From the NCBI GenBank assembly GCA_905331485.1, contig CAJNYT010000219.1, forward strand, positions 1-49,272: a DNA stretch of 49,272 nt, given 5' to 3'. Each line of letters starts with the position of its first letter. The first letter of the stretch is position 1. Below, in pieces: positions 27,779 to 43,084 of the stretch. Position numbers and translations under genes: made by a program. The notes under the pieces were generated by a model. The model ran no database searches, was not told the DNA's origin, and saw only the letters and a program-made list of their open reading frames with translations. The stretch is from Rotaria socialis. Lineage: Eukaryota.

Positions 27779-28478
27779 TAAATGGTAAACAAAGGAACCT
27801 ATAAAAACAGAACGTATACACATCAGCAGTCTACTTGTTGGCCAATAGCAGAAGAAAAGCAACGAATTTCTGTCTGGCAGATTATTACGTGTAACAGGCT
27901 AATTAATAAGAAAATAATGCGTCTTCAATTTTAAATTTTGTTTCCTTTTACTTCTTAAGAGATGGCATTTTGTTTATTTAAAACTGTAGGATAAGCTAGT
28001 GTTGCTTATGACTAAGAAACATACTATCAATTTACCAGAAAAATGAGACCTACTCAAATACAAAAGTACCAATAAATTTAAGTGTCAATGCTGGATGTGG
28101 GCGTAAGTGTTAGTAAAATTCCTGATTGCCATCAGGTGGAATATTGTATGATTGATATTTTTCTTATGCAAACTTTTAAAAGTCTAATATTTTGAGTGTA
28201 TAAGTAACTCGATTATGACTACATGGTCATAAAATCTGTGAGTATTCGTGGATGTTTGCATACTTTACACAAGGCGGTGGTAGCTAACAATTTAACCTTG
28301 TTAGTTTGGCAGTGAAAATTTTCATTTGATCCGAATATATACGATCCCTTTTATTGACGGCACAGTCGATATTTCGATTTTCAAAGCGATCAAACTATAC
28401 CATATCCGTGACATGTCAAATCTAATAGGAGACAATTCAATAAAAAATATCTCTGAAAAAATCTTGACAAGGTAAATG

Positions 28479-30061
28479 TTATTCTGCTAGTTCTGCTTCT
28501 ATAAGACGAACACAATGACTAAGTCCATCTTCATTTTTAATTAATTCGCTAATCTTTTTAGCACTGGTTTTATAAATGTTATAATTGTCAATCATAAGAT
28601 CACGAATTGCATTAGTTAAATTCTTCACATTGGTGTGACGTATGGAAATAGATCTTGGTCCTAATCTATTGATAAATATTCGATCACCGTTAAATGGTTG
28701 ATCGGCTCCAAAAGATAATACTAATGTAGGCAATCCATACCAAAGACTTGCATGTGTAGTACCGGCACCACCATGATGAATTGTTGCTGACATATAAATA
28801 AATAACCAAGAATGTGGAATGGCATGTGTCAAATAAAATATATTATCAGCTGTGGATAACGTACTGGCATCTGCGCTTTTAAATCCAACTAATGACATAA
28901 CTGCTTTACAATTATTTCTATCAAGAGCCAATAAAATTTTGCGTATAAATTCCATTTGTTCATCTGCTCCAAACATGGTACCCATCATTGATCCAAGACC
29001 AACATAGATAATCTTCTCGTTTTTCCATTTGGTCAAGAAGTCAAGAATAGGAGTTGGCGGTTGAAAATTCTCATTTTCTTTTTCAAGTATTGGACCGACC
29101 ATATGATCATTTTCGTGCCAATCGGATGGACATGGTATTAAATATTTGGAATAGATCGTTGCAGATACCAATGGCTTACGAAACAGGGATTGAGTCATAC
29201 GTTCATAATTTAATTTCATTGGTGGTAAATCATTAGTGGCACGAAGTTCATTGAGTTTATCATTATAGATGCTTGACATAGCATAGTCGACTATTTTCCA
29301 TTTCAATAAATTGGTCCACTTGAACAAACTACCACTTTTCCCACCTAAACCAGGCGGCGAAAAATGAACTGTTCGTATCACTGGGAATGTGTAGATTCCA
29401 ATTGCTTTAATATTAGGAAATTTCTCAATACAACTTAATCCAGGGAAAATAGATGCAACTGTTAGAACAATTAAATCAGCGTCTTTTACACCAGACAGAA
29501 TTCCATTAAACCATTCTTCAATCGCTGGTTGAAATATACGTTTTACTAATCCCATTTTTAAAATACTTGGATTCCGTCGGAGCTCGATTCCTTCTGGGCT
29601 TGTCGATAAAAAATGTTCTAGGTCACCACCGATTTCAACTACATCGAAACCTGAATAAACAAATAGAAGGTGATATCATGGAAATATTAATGAAAGAACT
29701 CTTCAATATTAGATTTAGATTTATATTGTGCGATGATACAATGATAATATGGGAAAGTATCAAGCGATTGTTGGATTTAAGATTGATAGTACTTACCAGC
29801 AGCTTTTACTATGTCTTGATAACGTCGATGTACACCAAGCCATACGATATGTCCACGTTTTTTAAGTTCTTCGGCAAGTATCATAAAAGGTTTCACATCT
29901 CCTAGAGTGCCAGTCGCCGGAATAAAAATCTTTTTAACTCTAGTATTCTTGCTACTGTCATTAATTTCTTTGGCAATCGAGCTTTCTTCCTGGCTTTCCA
30001 AGTCCATGAGATGTGAATCTTCACTTATATTTCTAAAATTGAAATCAATAATGTGTTTCAT
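28479..30061 (-). CDS. GT1-family UDP-glycosyltransferase (sterol-glucosyltransferase / macrolide-GT-like), 2 exons (30061-29796, 29649-28479)
   Basis: - N-terminal exon: IFIPATGTLGDVKPFMILAEELKKRGHIVWLGVH (GT28-type N-terminal motif).
- C-terminal signature: HHGGAGTTHASLWYGLPTLVLSFGADQPFNGDRI.
- A 146-nt GTAAGT...TTCAG intron (29650-29795) joins the exons in phase, giving 1437 nt = 478 aa from the ATG at 30061. Confidence 0.8.
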
Positions 30062-33000
30062 ATAGAAATATAATCGCAAGAGACAGAATAATCAAATGTT
30101 ATATGTTGTAGATCGGATGACATGAATCGTTAACTCCTAAGTACATAATAGAAAAACAACGGTCCATCATCCTATTGGCTAAAAACAATTGAAATAAATA
30201 AGGCAAATACATTATCACCACAAAAGCTTAAAGTATAATGTTGACAAGAAGAAAAACTATCATGTCACAATTGCAATAAAGATAAGAACGATTCATAAAA
30301 CAAAAACATGCTTTTACACGACGTATAAAGTTGTGCTATAAAAAAAGCATACATTTAATTACATAGTTGCTGCTTTCATGTATCTATGTTGTCACTGACG
30401 GCAAATCTCTATCGAATAATAAATAAGATTTTCATTATTTAAGTCACCAGCAAACATAAAGTCTATATTACATGAATGAATATACATGTTTTCATGCATA
30501 ATATCATACAATTCTAACGTTTTCTTTGTTATACTAGTTATATAGCGTGTGATTCTTATCTTTAGCACAAGCGTTTTTGAAAAAAGAGAACAGAAACGAA
30601 GTGCAACACTCGAAAATGTATTAAATTTCGTTCATTTCGAAGTACTTTTAAAATAAGATAAAGAACGAAGTTTACTCTAAAAAGAATTTTTCTTTTTTAA
30701 AATACTTATTTCTACAATACGCAGCATGCAGCGGCGGAGCCAGGGAAGGACTAGGGGGATTGAGCCCCCTTGCTAAATTTTTGAAGGATGAATTTTTTCT
30801 ATAAAAAGATGTATAAGTCTTTGTAATTGAATATTTGAATGCTTTAGTTATTGGGTGAAGCTCGTAGTTGTTTCGGAAGAAAATAAAATACCGTAATTCT
30901 AATTTCCAATCAAGTTTTAAAGGTTATAATCTATCCTTACAACACATAACTAATGATTGAAAGATTTGAGGGTACGGTTTTGTTTATTGCCACTCAACTA
31001 GTTAGAAGGCATCTCAGACGAGTCGAAAGTTATTCTATGGCTAAAGCTTTGCGCTTTTTCGAAGATGATCTTATAAATGTTATGTATATTTTTATTCAAA
31101 TATAGTGAAGGACTTAGTGCAGAGCGTAAAAAGTTACTTTCAATGATGCGCGAACATTTTTTTGTTTGAACTGTAAGCTACGTTACGAAGATGTTAAGAG
31201 TTGTCGTAGTCCGTGATTTTCTTGAGCGGATACTTCCCGACAAAAAGGGGGATATTGATTTAAACTAGTTTTAACTCAATTAATTCTACACGCATTTATT
31301 AGGAGCTCCTCTTAACGTAAAATGATTTTGTTGAAAAGTCAATTTTTCAGAAATGAGTTTTGAGAAGAACAAAAGCTGAGATGTCTCAGCGAAAGCTAAA
31401 AAACTTCATGTAGTACATATTTTAGGGTATTTTAGGTTCTGCAAGCTGATTTATAGGGCAAGATAAGAAGTTTTCGATTTGAGTTGTAAAGCAAAATACA
31501 AAAATGAACGGAAGAAGTTTCCATCTTCACCTATTTGTTTGCTTTTCTGAAGAATATTTCACTGATTACTTTCGAAGAAAAACTGAATTCTAGGTCAATT
31601 TCCAAAACAGGTACCAAATTTTGATAGTAACTAATAATAGTTTTGAGCAAGTCGAAAATACTTTCTGTCAAGTTGAACGCGAAAAAACATTTTGCTTGAA
31701 AGCTTTCCGACCGCGCACGAATAAACTTTTGGATTAGTCAAAAAGACATTTTTCAAAAATCTCTTCAGATATGAGTAATAGTCGGCGAACAGCAACAGTC
31801 AAGTTATAAAAACTTTTTGAGTTTTTGCTGATTATTTTTTTCTCTTTTCGGAATTAGGAACATGCATCAATTTGATGCAGTTTTGTTGCACTATCAGATA
31901 TAATAATAGTAAAAAGTTTTGTAACTCATTCTAATGAAAAAATCAAAGTACTTAGAAAAAATTTGTCGTACGACACAATGTATCTATAAACGTTTCCAGG
32001 CGAGAATTAAAAAAAAACGCAGCAAACACCTGGTGATTGAAACAGACTTGTGAAACCAACGGTTATCACCATTATTCATATCGCACATTTAACAATGTAT
32101 TATTTCAAACAACGCAACTATACCAAACTGACAGAGAAGACAAACACAGGATGAGAGAGAAAGCACATACATACTAAAACACAGCCAATCCACACACCCC
32201 AGAAAATGACGCACACAAAAATATAGCTAATGATTCAAGACAAAATTATATCTCATAAAACATCTTCCCAGCAAAATAAAGCGTAAGAGCTCAAACTTTC
32301 CATTCAAACAAGCAACAATCATTCCAAATATTCAGATCTTGAAATGTACCAACTGCAACGACCACCGAGACTTATGAGTACTTCCAGTTACATTAACAGC
32401 ATTGATCCTATACGGGTTATGTCTTAATTTAAAATATGATCAACTCCATCTATGTATTCAATAGGAAAATTCAATCATTTACTGATATACTTGCTTCAAG
32501 AACTTTTCAAGGAGAACTATTATAGGTGCTATCTGCTGGGGCCACTACTGGTAGTTGTCGTCTGAACTTATATTTATCGATTTAGATAACGTGATGAATG
32601 AAAAGCATGAAAACCTATCAATTTCGTTGTTTAATAGGCAATTTTAGCAAAATAACATAAAATATCTTCGAATTCTAAGGAACTCCGTGGAACTTCAAGG
32701 AGTTGGAGTCTGCCGTTTTCTCCTTTGTTTAACGGGCAGAGCTGTCTCAATTTTTCAGAATTTCTACCTTAGCACTGTCACTTATTTAGCAAATTAAAAT
32801 TGTTTTTGAAAACCTTCTATTTTCATGATTTAGAACAATTAGCGACGAGGTTCATAATAAAATGCATTAACGTTGAGCTTCATGAAGTATGAAATTTTCC
32901 ATGGTATACCGACTATTTCAGCAGCTTGTGCAATAACTCAACGTGCAGAACTGAAAGGAAATATATGAACAACATTTGCCTACTCCTTGTTTTTTTCTCT

Positions 33001-33100
33001 TTTGCTTTACATGGAGTAACGCGTAACCACATTAGTTATCACACGATTCTATTGAAAATCGATCATAAAATGGAGACGTTCGCAGATTGATTATTTTCAG

Positions 33101-36100
33101 ATGAAACCAACTACTACCTCTACTTCATTATTATCACCATTCAATGGCAAAAGCATTGTACTCGAACTTGGCCATGAAGTAGGTTTCAAAGCTAAGCAAG
33201 AATTGATCAATTATTTACGAGAACAGCAAGCACATATTTCGTATATTTTGACAGCCAGTGTATGTTCGCGTGTTATTTCATCAAACATGTGGTTGGAGTT
33301 ACCTTTCTTTTAGACTGATTATGTTCTAACTACGACTAATGTAGATAGCTACAAAATACGTCGTGCCAAACGGCTTGGCTTACCGGTAGTGAATGTTGAA
33401 TATGTACACAAATGCCGTTGTTTGCGACCTGGTCAAACACCTATTGATATTAGCAAATTTATTATCAAGTCAGCAGAAGATCAAGAGAACTTTATAAAAA
33501 CCGGCACTATTTCCATGCAAGGTATTAGAAGTTCTTGTAAAAATCATGTCAGACATCTTTGTTTATTAGAAACTCGAGTAAACGTGACTAAAGCCAATAG
33601 ATTCGATTTGACTAAAATCAAGCTGTGGAATTCGGACGATGTAAATTTGCCTCGTTTCGATGAGCTGGCACATTGTGAGCTTGGCAGATGGGCGATTTTC
33701 AAAGTAGATTTGTATTCATTTCTAGCTGTTATTCTCTTATATTTCTATTGTTCATAGCAGGAAACCAATGATAATTCAAGTGTATTTTTTGTTCTTGAAC
33801 TTCAAGTTATTCCCGAAGAGTACTATGATCGAACAACGAGTGATTATCAACTACGATTTCGATATGAAAAACAGACTATTACCGACGAAGTTTCACAACA
33901 CGATAAAAAAGTATTGGTACAATACGCATTCAGTGATGATCCAAACGAACAACAACAGTTGTTTGCGTCGTACTATTATCGTGTGGCTGCAATGCCACGT
34001 ATAACACGAATTAGTGAGATGTTACCTAACAAATTAGGATCAAAATTATTATTACGTGTATGCAAATGACATTGATAAAAGAATATAATTTAGTTTTTAC
34101 ACATAAAAGAAATTGTTTCTAGTCTTTATTTACACAACGTATCGACACACAAATACTCGATGAAAATGTATGTCAATTGATTGAATCGATTTGGCTAGAA
34201 TCGATTGGTGATCTGAATAAAATTTTGAGCATATCACCTGAATCGATTACTCTCAAAACAGTATGTGTACACTTTCATATTACTGTGTGTTCTAAACATC
34301 CAAATAGATCATTGAGGCCGAAGCTGCACTACTCGAACTCAAAGCGACCAACAATCCTGCTGCTGCACTTCGTTTCTATTCACTTATACCACATCGACCA
34401 GAGTACAATATTGATCTAATCAAGAATCATCGAGCGTTGATCGAAAAAATAGACCTATGTCAGGTATGTCAATCTTGTTTTAAATTGTTTTACTTGATCT
34501 TTTCCCCGTTCAGATGCTTCGAGATATGCATACAGTCAACGAACTGACCAATTGGAATGTTAAAGCACCAATCGAAGCTAAATATCGAGCATTGAAATGT
34601 CATATTGAAACAGTAGCGAGTTCAACATTCGACTTTAAGAATATTGCTAAGCTCATTCAGTCGTCGACTAATAGGCGAGAGAATTTAACATTCTATTTCA
34701 TAATGATTGTTTTTTGTTTATTAGTGGTGAAGAAATTTTAATTCACAACATATTCAGTGTGACTAGACAGACAGATGCACTCAATTTTCGTACAACACTC
34801 TCCCACCAATGGCAGCTGTTTCATGGATCGAAATATGTCAATTTTCTTGGGATTCTTTCACGGTAAAATACTCATTTCGTTCTCTAGACAACATTTATAT
34901 GGCGGTTGTGCGTACGTTTAGTGGTTTAGTCATGCCTAAAATTGTAGTGGACCAATTGGGCGTTGAACGTACTGACGTGGGTTGTCTCGGTTATGGGATA
35001 TATTTTTCAGATTCTGCTTCGACGTCTTTGAAATATACGACAGCAAGTAGAATACGGCCAGGTCGTCGTTTGTTATGCATTTGTCAAGTAGCACTTGGTG
35101 AATCAGCCAATTATTATTTGTTTTCGCCGACTCTCACCAAACCTCCTGATGGTTTTCATAGTACACATGGAGTCAAACAAACAGAAGAAAATCAATCAAA
35201 GTTCACTGTAAGTGAAATGCTAGAAGGATTTATTAATTATGATACTATTTCACAAATCTACTTTGCGTTCTATCGAAATAGGATAATGAATATGCCATCT
35301 ATCAAGTTGAACAACAACGTTTACTTTATGTTGTGGAAGTTTCATGGTCGCCGATTGATGCTCTCAGTATCACTTTAGAACGACTACCTATTGTTCACCA
35401 TCAAGAACATGCATTGAAATTAAGTGAGCACGGTAATGATAAGCTATGATTTCTTGTTGGAATAAACAATTGACTAAATTTTTCTCAAAATATTCTAGCT
35501 GAAGTTCCATTAACGATGGAGGATGAAATCATTGAAGTAGCCGAACAAGACTATGGTTTGATATGTTCATCATCGAGAGACCTTGTACCACTTAAATCAT
35601 TTCATATTCGTGCTCAAATTGTTGATGTTACAGTTGAAGTAATTATATCTACGTTTCGATTGAAGTAAAATACTAATTCCTCATGTTTCTATCTAATGAA
35701 AAGGTTGTTCTCTATCAAGTCTATCATAATACGAGTTCGATACCTATCGAAGCTAAGTATGTGTTTCCTCTTGATGAAAATTCAACTGTATGCGGTTTCG
35801 AAGCACATATTAACAATAAAGTTATCAAAGGTGTCGTTAAAGAGAAAGAACAAGCCAAACGCGAGTATAGAGAAGCAATTGAAAAGGGTCATGGCGCCTA
35901 TTTAATGCATCAAGAAGAAGCTCAAGTGTTCAGCGTTGCGGTTGGTAATTTGCCAGCGCATACTGAAGTTATCATCAAAATAATTTATGTTGCCGAATTA
36001 GAAATCGAAAATGATGACATTATTTTTCGCCTTCCAGCCAAAATGACTTCATGGCAATCGAAAAAAGCTGTCGAAACCAAAGATCAATCGATTTTACGAT

Positions 36101-39100
36101 CTATCGGTATTGTCGATGAAAAAGTTGAATTCAGTTTCAAAGCATCGATTCGAATGCCCTATAAAATAACGAAATTATTTTCCCCAACACATCATCTACG
36201 TCGGAAAGTAACCGATTGTATAGCTATGATTGAACTTGTTGATAATGTCTTAATTGATCAAGATTTTATTCTTTCGATCACACTCAACAGTCCTAATTTA
36301 CCTCGAATAGCAAATGAAACATTGCCATTGGATGGCAACAGTGAAACAACTGACACATCGAACAGCCATCAATCTCAAACATGTATGCTTACCTTTTATC
36401 CACGATTCGAAACATTGACGACTTCGAAAGAACAAGTTGAAATTATTTTCATTGTTGATCTATCAAATTCAATGGATGGCAGTCACGTACAGCAAGCTAA
36501 ACAGTTAGCTCATTTGTTTCTTACGAATTTGAAAGTTGAAGATGAGAATACATATTTTAATGTAATTACTTTTGGATCAGGTAATAAGATGATATTCTAC
36601 AGCGTTATTGCGCATTCAAAACACTATAACGCTTTCAAAATATCATTTGATTTTGATGAAATTTCGCACACAGAATCGTCTCATCAATATTTCGAGCAAG
36701 TTCGAGGATGACAATGATTCGCAGTGGGTTATACTAAAAAATGCCATTATTTCCTTCGTTTTCTCTATGGGAACATTGGCCTATCCAGGTTACGTGGACG
36801 CACTTTTTGGTCCTCTAGTACTATATTATGAAAATCAATTGAAATATTATAGTGAAGTATATTAAGTCATACACAAAGGTAAGCTATCTCAGCTTGGTTT
36901 CTGAGATTCAGAAACAGGCACCTAAATATTACAAGATTTTGCACAGTCACGAAGATCTAATGGATCGCCTTGACCCATGCGACGTGATATATACCGTTCG
37001 ATAGAGAATTTTACGGGCTAAAAAAATGATCAGTCTAGATAATTAGGCTGGGTCATCGTAATCAGCCGAGTTACTTTTTGAAGTACATATAGTATTAGGA
37101 TCTACATTTATTTTACTATTGAAATTGCAACTATTTAGATAACGATGAATGTTTTCCTATGTCAGCACCAACTACAAAAGAAAATCTCGATAAAGCCAAA
37201 CACTTTGTTCTAGTTAGTAGTTTATTTTTTGAATCTGATTTTTCTATTGAAATATCCGTTTTCATAAATTCTAGCATTCACGTGTCCATCGTGGTAATAC
37301 GGATCTATTTGCTGTCCTTCAACGTTATTCGTTATTACGATCGTCGTTATCGTCGAAATTTGGCCGTCAAATCGTTCTTTTATCCGATGGACATATTCAC
37401 GACCTCAATTCAATTCTGGCTCTACTCAAACATCGACCAACTATGCGTCGTGATCGTTTGTTTACATGCTCAATTGGTAATGTTGCAAACAAACATGTTT
37501 TGAAACAGTTAGCTAATGGAGCAAATGGAGGTGGTCTAACAATAGTATTCGATTCAAACTATCGATCGAAGTGGAAAACAAAAGTATTTAACATCCTCGA
37601 ACAGATTCGACAACCGTGTGTAACAAATATATCAATCGACTGGCATGGCTGTTTGAATAAAGAGCAAAAACTCAATATGCAAGCACCGAAAAAGATTCGA
37701 TCTTTGTTCAATGGAATGCGACTTACTGTTTATCGATTCATAGAAAATTGTCACAAGGCAACATTGGCGGCTACTATTGACGAACAAGAATTTGTTACGA
37801 CTGTATTTAGTAGTGCAATGACAACGACCAGAGGACGTATTTTACACTGTCTAACCACTCGAGCGATTATTGATGATTATGACAACGGGCTATTGGATGT
37901 CGACGAGAGCGAAAACGAATTGATCAAAGTTCAATACAAACGAGATCTCATCGATCTCAGCATCAAACATTCTGTTGTCAGTAAATACACTAGTTTTGTT
38001 GCCATCGAAGAACGTGATGTCAACACGGATATAAAAACTGTTCAACCAGGTTAGTAAAATAATAGCAGAAAAGCAAAAATTTATCTGTATGTTTCTTACA
38101 CTATGGATCAAAAATCTTACTAGCACCAAAATTGAAGTATCTACATCACTATTGAAACATGTACTCTCTGTTATAGGTGTTCGTTTGCTTGAAGTTATGC
38201 TGGAACGCGATGTTGACTTACTACCATGCATGGGATGGGATGGTGATGTTTCAAATTTGACTTCAATCAAACAGAAATTGGCCGATGCGCGTATTTCACT
38301 GGAATGTGCATCGATTCAGGGCAAAAAAGAAACAATTGTTGATATTGAAAAACTTTGTCAAAAAGTTTCCTATCGAGCAGGTGGTGATGCGAAATTTGCT
38401 ATCATGATGGCTATCATACGCACATATCGACATTCATTGAATGATTACGATAAAGCAGATGAACTAAAAGATAAAATGCAAAAGGGTATGCTAATTGATC
38501 TAGGACCAAAATCTACATATATCGAATTTAAAAAATGAATAGATATAATGACCGAAATGATTAGTGCAACCGTAGAAGAACGGCAAGCATTACAGCAACA
38601 ATGTCTAGCGAACAATTTAATAATCACAAATGACGAATTGTAAGTGAAAGAAAGGAAAGAAACATTTAAAAATTATTTCGTGTATCCTTTCTCTTGCAGC
38701 GGATCATTAATTAACTACGATGGTAAGAGGGAAACTCGGTCATTCTACTTCGGAAACGGTGGTAGAAAGCTTCGGTGAAGTGACATTAAATGGAACCACT
38801 TGGATGTTTTGAAAGAATTATATAGTCTAAATTTAAACCCCGACCTATACTGAGTAGAACATGTTAAGATCATCACAATGAATACCGCGTTGAAAACGTG
38901 TAGGTGGTTTTCAGAGAAATGTTTATATTTCATTTTCATAGATTTGATTCGTATGCTTGGAGCTGGTTCCAAGGATTTAACAACAGTTGAACAAATGGAT
39001 AAGGTAAGAAAGCTAGTTATACAATGATGATAAGCACCCGATTTTATTAATGAATTATTTATATCAACAGCAACATAAAACCTCTCAACAATACCTTAAA

Positions 39101-39127
39101 ACCAATTTCCAACTACAGATAACATGA
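33101..39127 (+). CDS. PARP4: PARP4 (vault PARP)-like gene: BRCT, PARP regulatory, PARP catalytic (H-Y-E), VIT, vWA and C-terminal region; about 19 exons
   Basis: Exon model: 33101-33259, 33314-33521, 33570-33703, 33761-34057, 34123-34260, 34308-34463, 34514-34674, 34725-34862, 34922-35207, 35282-35432, 35499-35638, 35704-36580, 37139-37212, 37275-38049, 38177-38485, 38543-38639, 38700-38722, 38942-39003. These sum to 4185 nt = 1395 codons in one frame. A tentative last exon is 39071-39127.

Motifs:
- BRCT: GKSIVLELG...TDYVLTT...RRAKRLGLPVVNVEYV
- PRD: FYSLIPH
- Catalytic: QLFHGS, GYGIYFSD, DNEYAIY
- VIT: VVLYQVYHNTSSIPIEAKYVFPLDENSTVCGFEAHI
- vWA MIDAS: IFIVDLSNSMDG, LLSDGH. Confidence 0.85.
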
Positions 39128-39770
39128 AGATAAAGGTGCGTGAGTGAAAGAGGGATCATCACCACAGCTACACCTTGACTGGCAAACAAATTTTCCTATA
39201 AGGGTCTTTCGTTCGCAGTAAACGTATCTCCAAAATACTTTATGCAGCTGAGTTGATATTGATTCCGATGCTAAGCCGTTGTTGTAGAAAGAGTATGGTA
39301 AACAATAGAGCACAAAACATCAAACTGCGGGCGATTCGTGGGTGGTGCCAAAATCAACAAAGAATCTATATTGACGTCAGATAAATCTTTCGCTACAAAA
39401 TACACATGTTTCAGGATAATATTAAATAAAAGGCAGCATTGATAGTGCTTAGATGTAATTATTGATCTGTGAAGTAACATGATTTAGTGATTAAAAGCAA
39501 AATTGAGCTTTATTCAGGGTAATCTTATATAAAAATCTGATGGTTTTTCTCAAAACTGGTGTAAATATTTGAAAGGGAAAAAGGAACAGTTTATTAAGAA
39601 AAGGATGGCTTTGATTGATATAAATACAAGATGTATGTATTTCGAAAGAAGAGACTTCACATTCACAACATGTCTCTATAGAGAAACAATCAACTTCTTT
39701 TAAGAGATCTATTGATTCCTTGCTGATACAAGGTCTTCCGGACTATAAGCATAATAAATCAAATAGGAAT

Positions 39771-39827
39771 GGGGTGTGGGTGTGGGTATGTCTTTTTCAG
39801 CGCATGCCGACACCCACATCCACACCT
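39771..39827. repeat. Inverted telomeric-repeat junction
   Basis: G-arm ggggtgtgggtgtgggta, 20-bp spacer, C-arm gacacccacatccacacc. Confidence 0.85.
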
Positions 39828-39968
39828 TCAATTTAATCTGCTTTAAGTATTTGTTAAATTTTCAATAACAACAATTCCTGTTGAAATTTTATTATTATGA
39901 TATCAGTTGAATAGGGATGAAACGGCATAGAAAAACTGTTGTGTACCCCTAAGTATTATTCATTTTAG

Positions 39969-42866
<2,898 letters not shown>

Positions 42867-43084
42867 GATTTGTAGATTGGCATGATGTAGACATTTAATT
42901 TAGCACTGGAGTATCTGTGATAATGTTTTATAGTTTATTGCAGCTGTAGTCAGCGAGGAAGAGTAATTAATTTGATGTAATGGTTTGGTTTTTTATTAAA
43001 AATGAATAATTTATGTGTCACTTCTCTAGACAGTAGTATTTTTTAGCATGGCAACTACCAGAATTCCGATCGAAAATAAGTGGT

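Noticed and set aside
30727-30770. GC-rich string cagcggcggagccagggaaggactagggggattgagccccc, resembling a transposon terminus, at the edge of the 3-kb ORF-free region 30080-33100
   Set aside because: No inverted partner or second copy could be found in the window, so it cannot be supported as an element end.
33768-34004. ORF MIIQVYFLFLNFKLF... within the PARP4-like locus. The same applies to ORFs 35696-35905, 36608-36865, 37159-37503 and the first part of 34809-35378.
   Set aside because: They are in the wrong frame or are intronic. The alternative frame over 33761-34057 is also open, is flanked by in-phase splice sites, and reads protein-like (..VFFVLELQVIPEE..DYQLRFRYEKQT..). The others fall in introns or off-frame.
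38536-38538. In-frame TGA within the PARP4-like coding sequence, considered as selenocysteine, readthrough or a pseudogene lesion
   Set aside because: A 57-nt GT-AG intron (38486-38542) of typical local size removes the TGA while keeping the frame. That is the simpler explanation pending RNA data.
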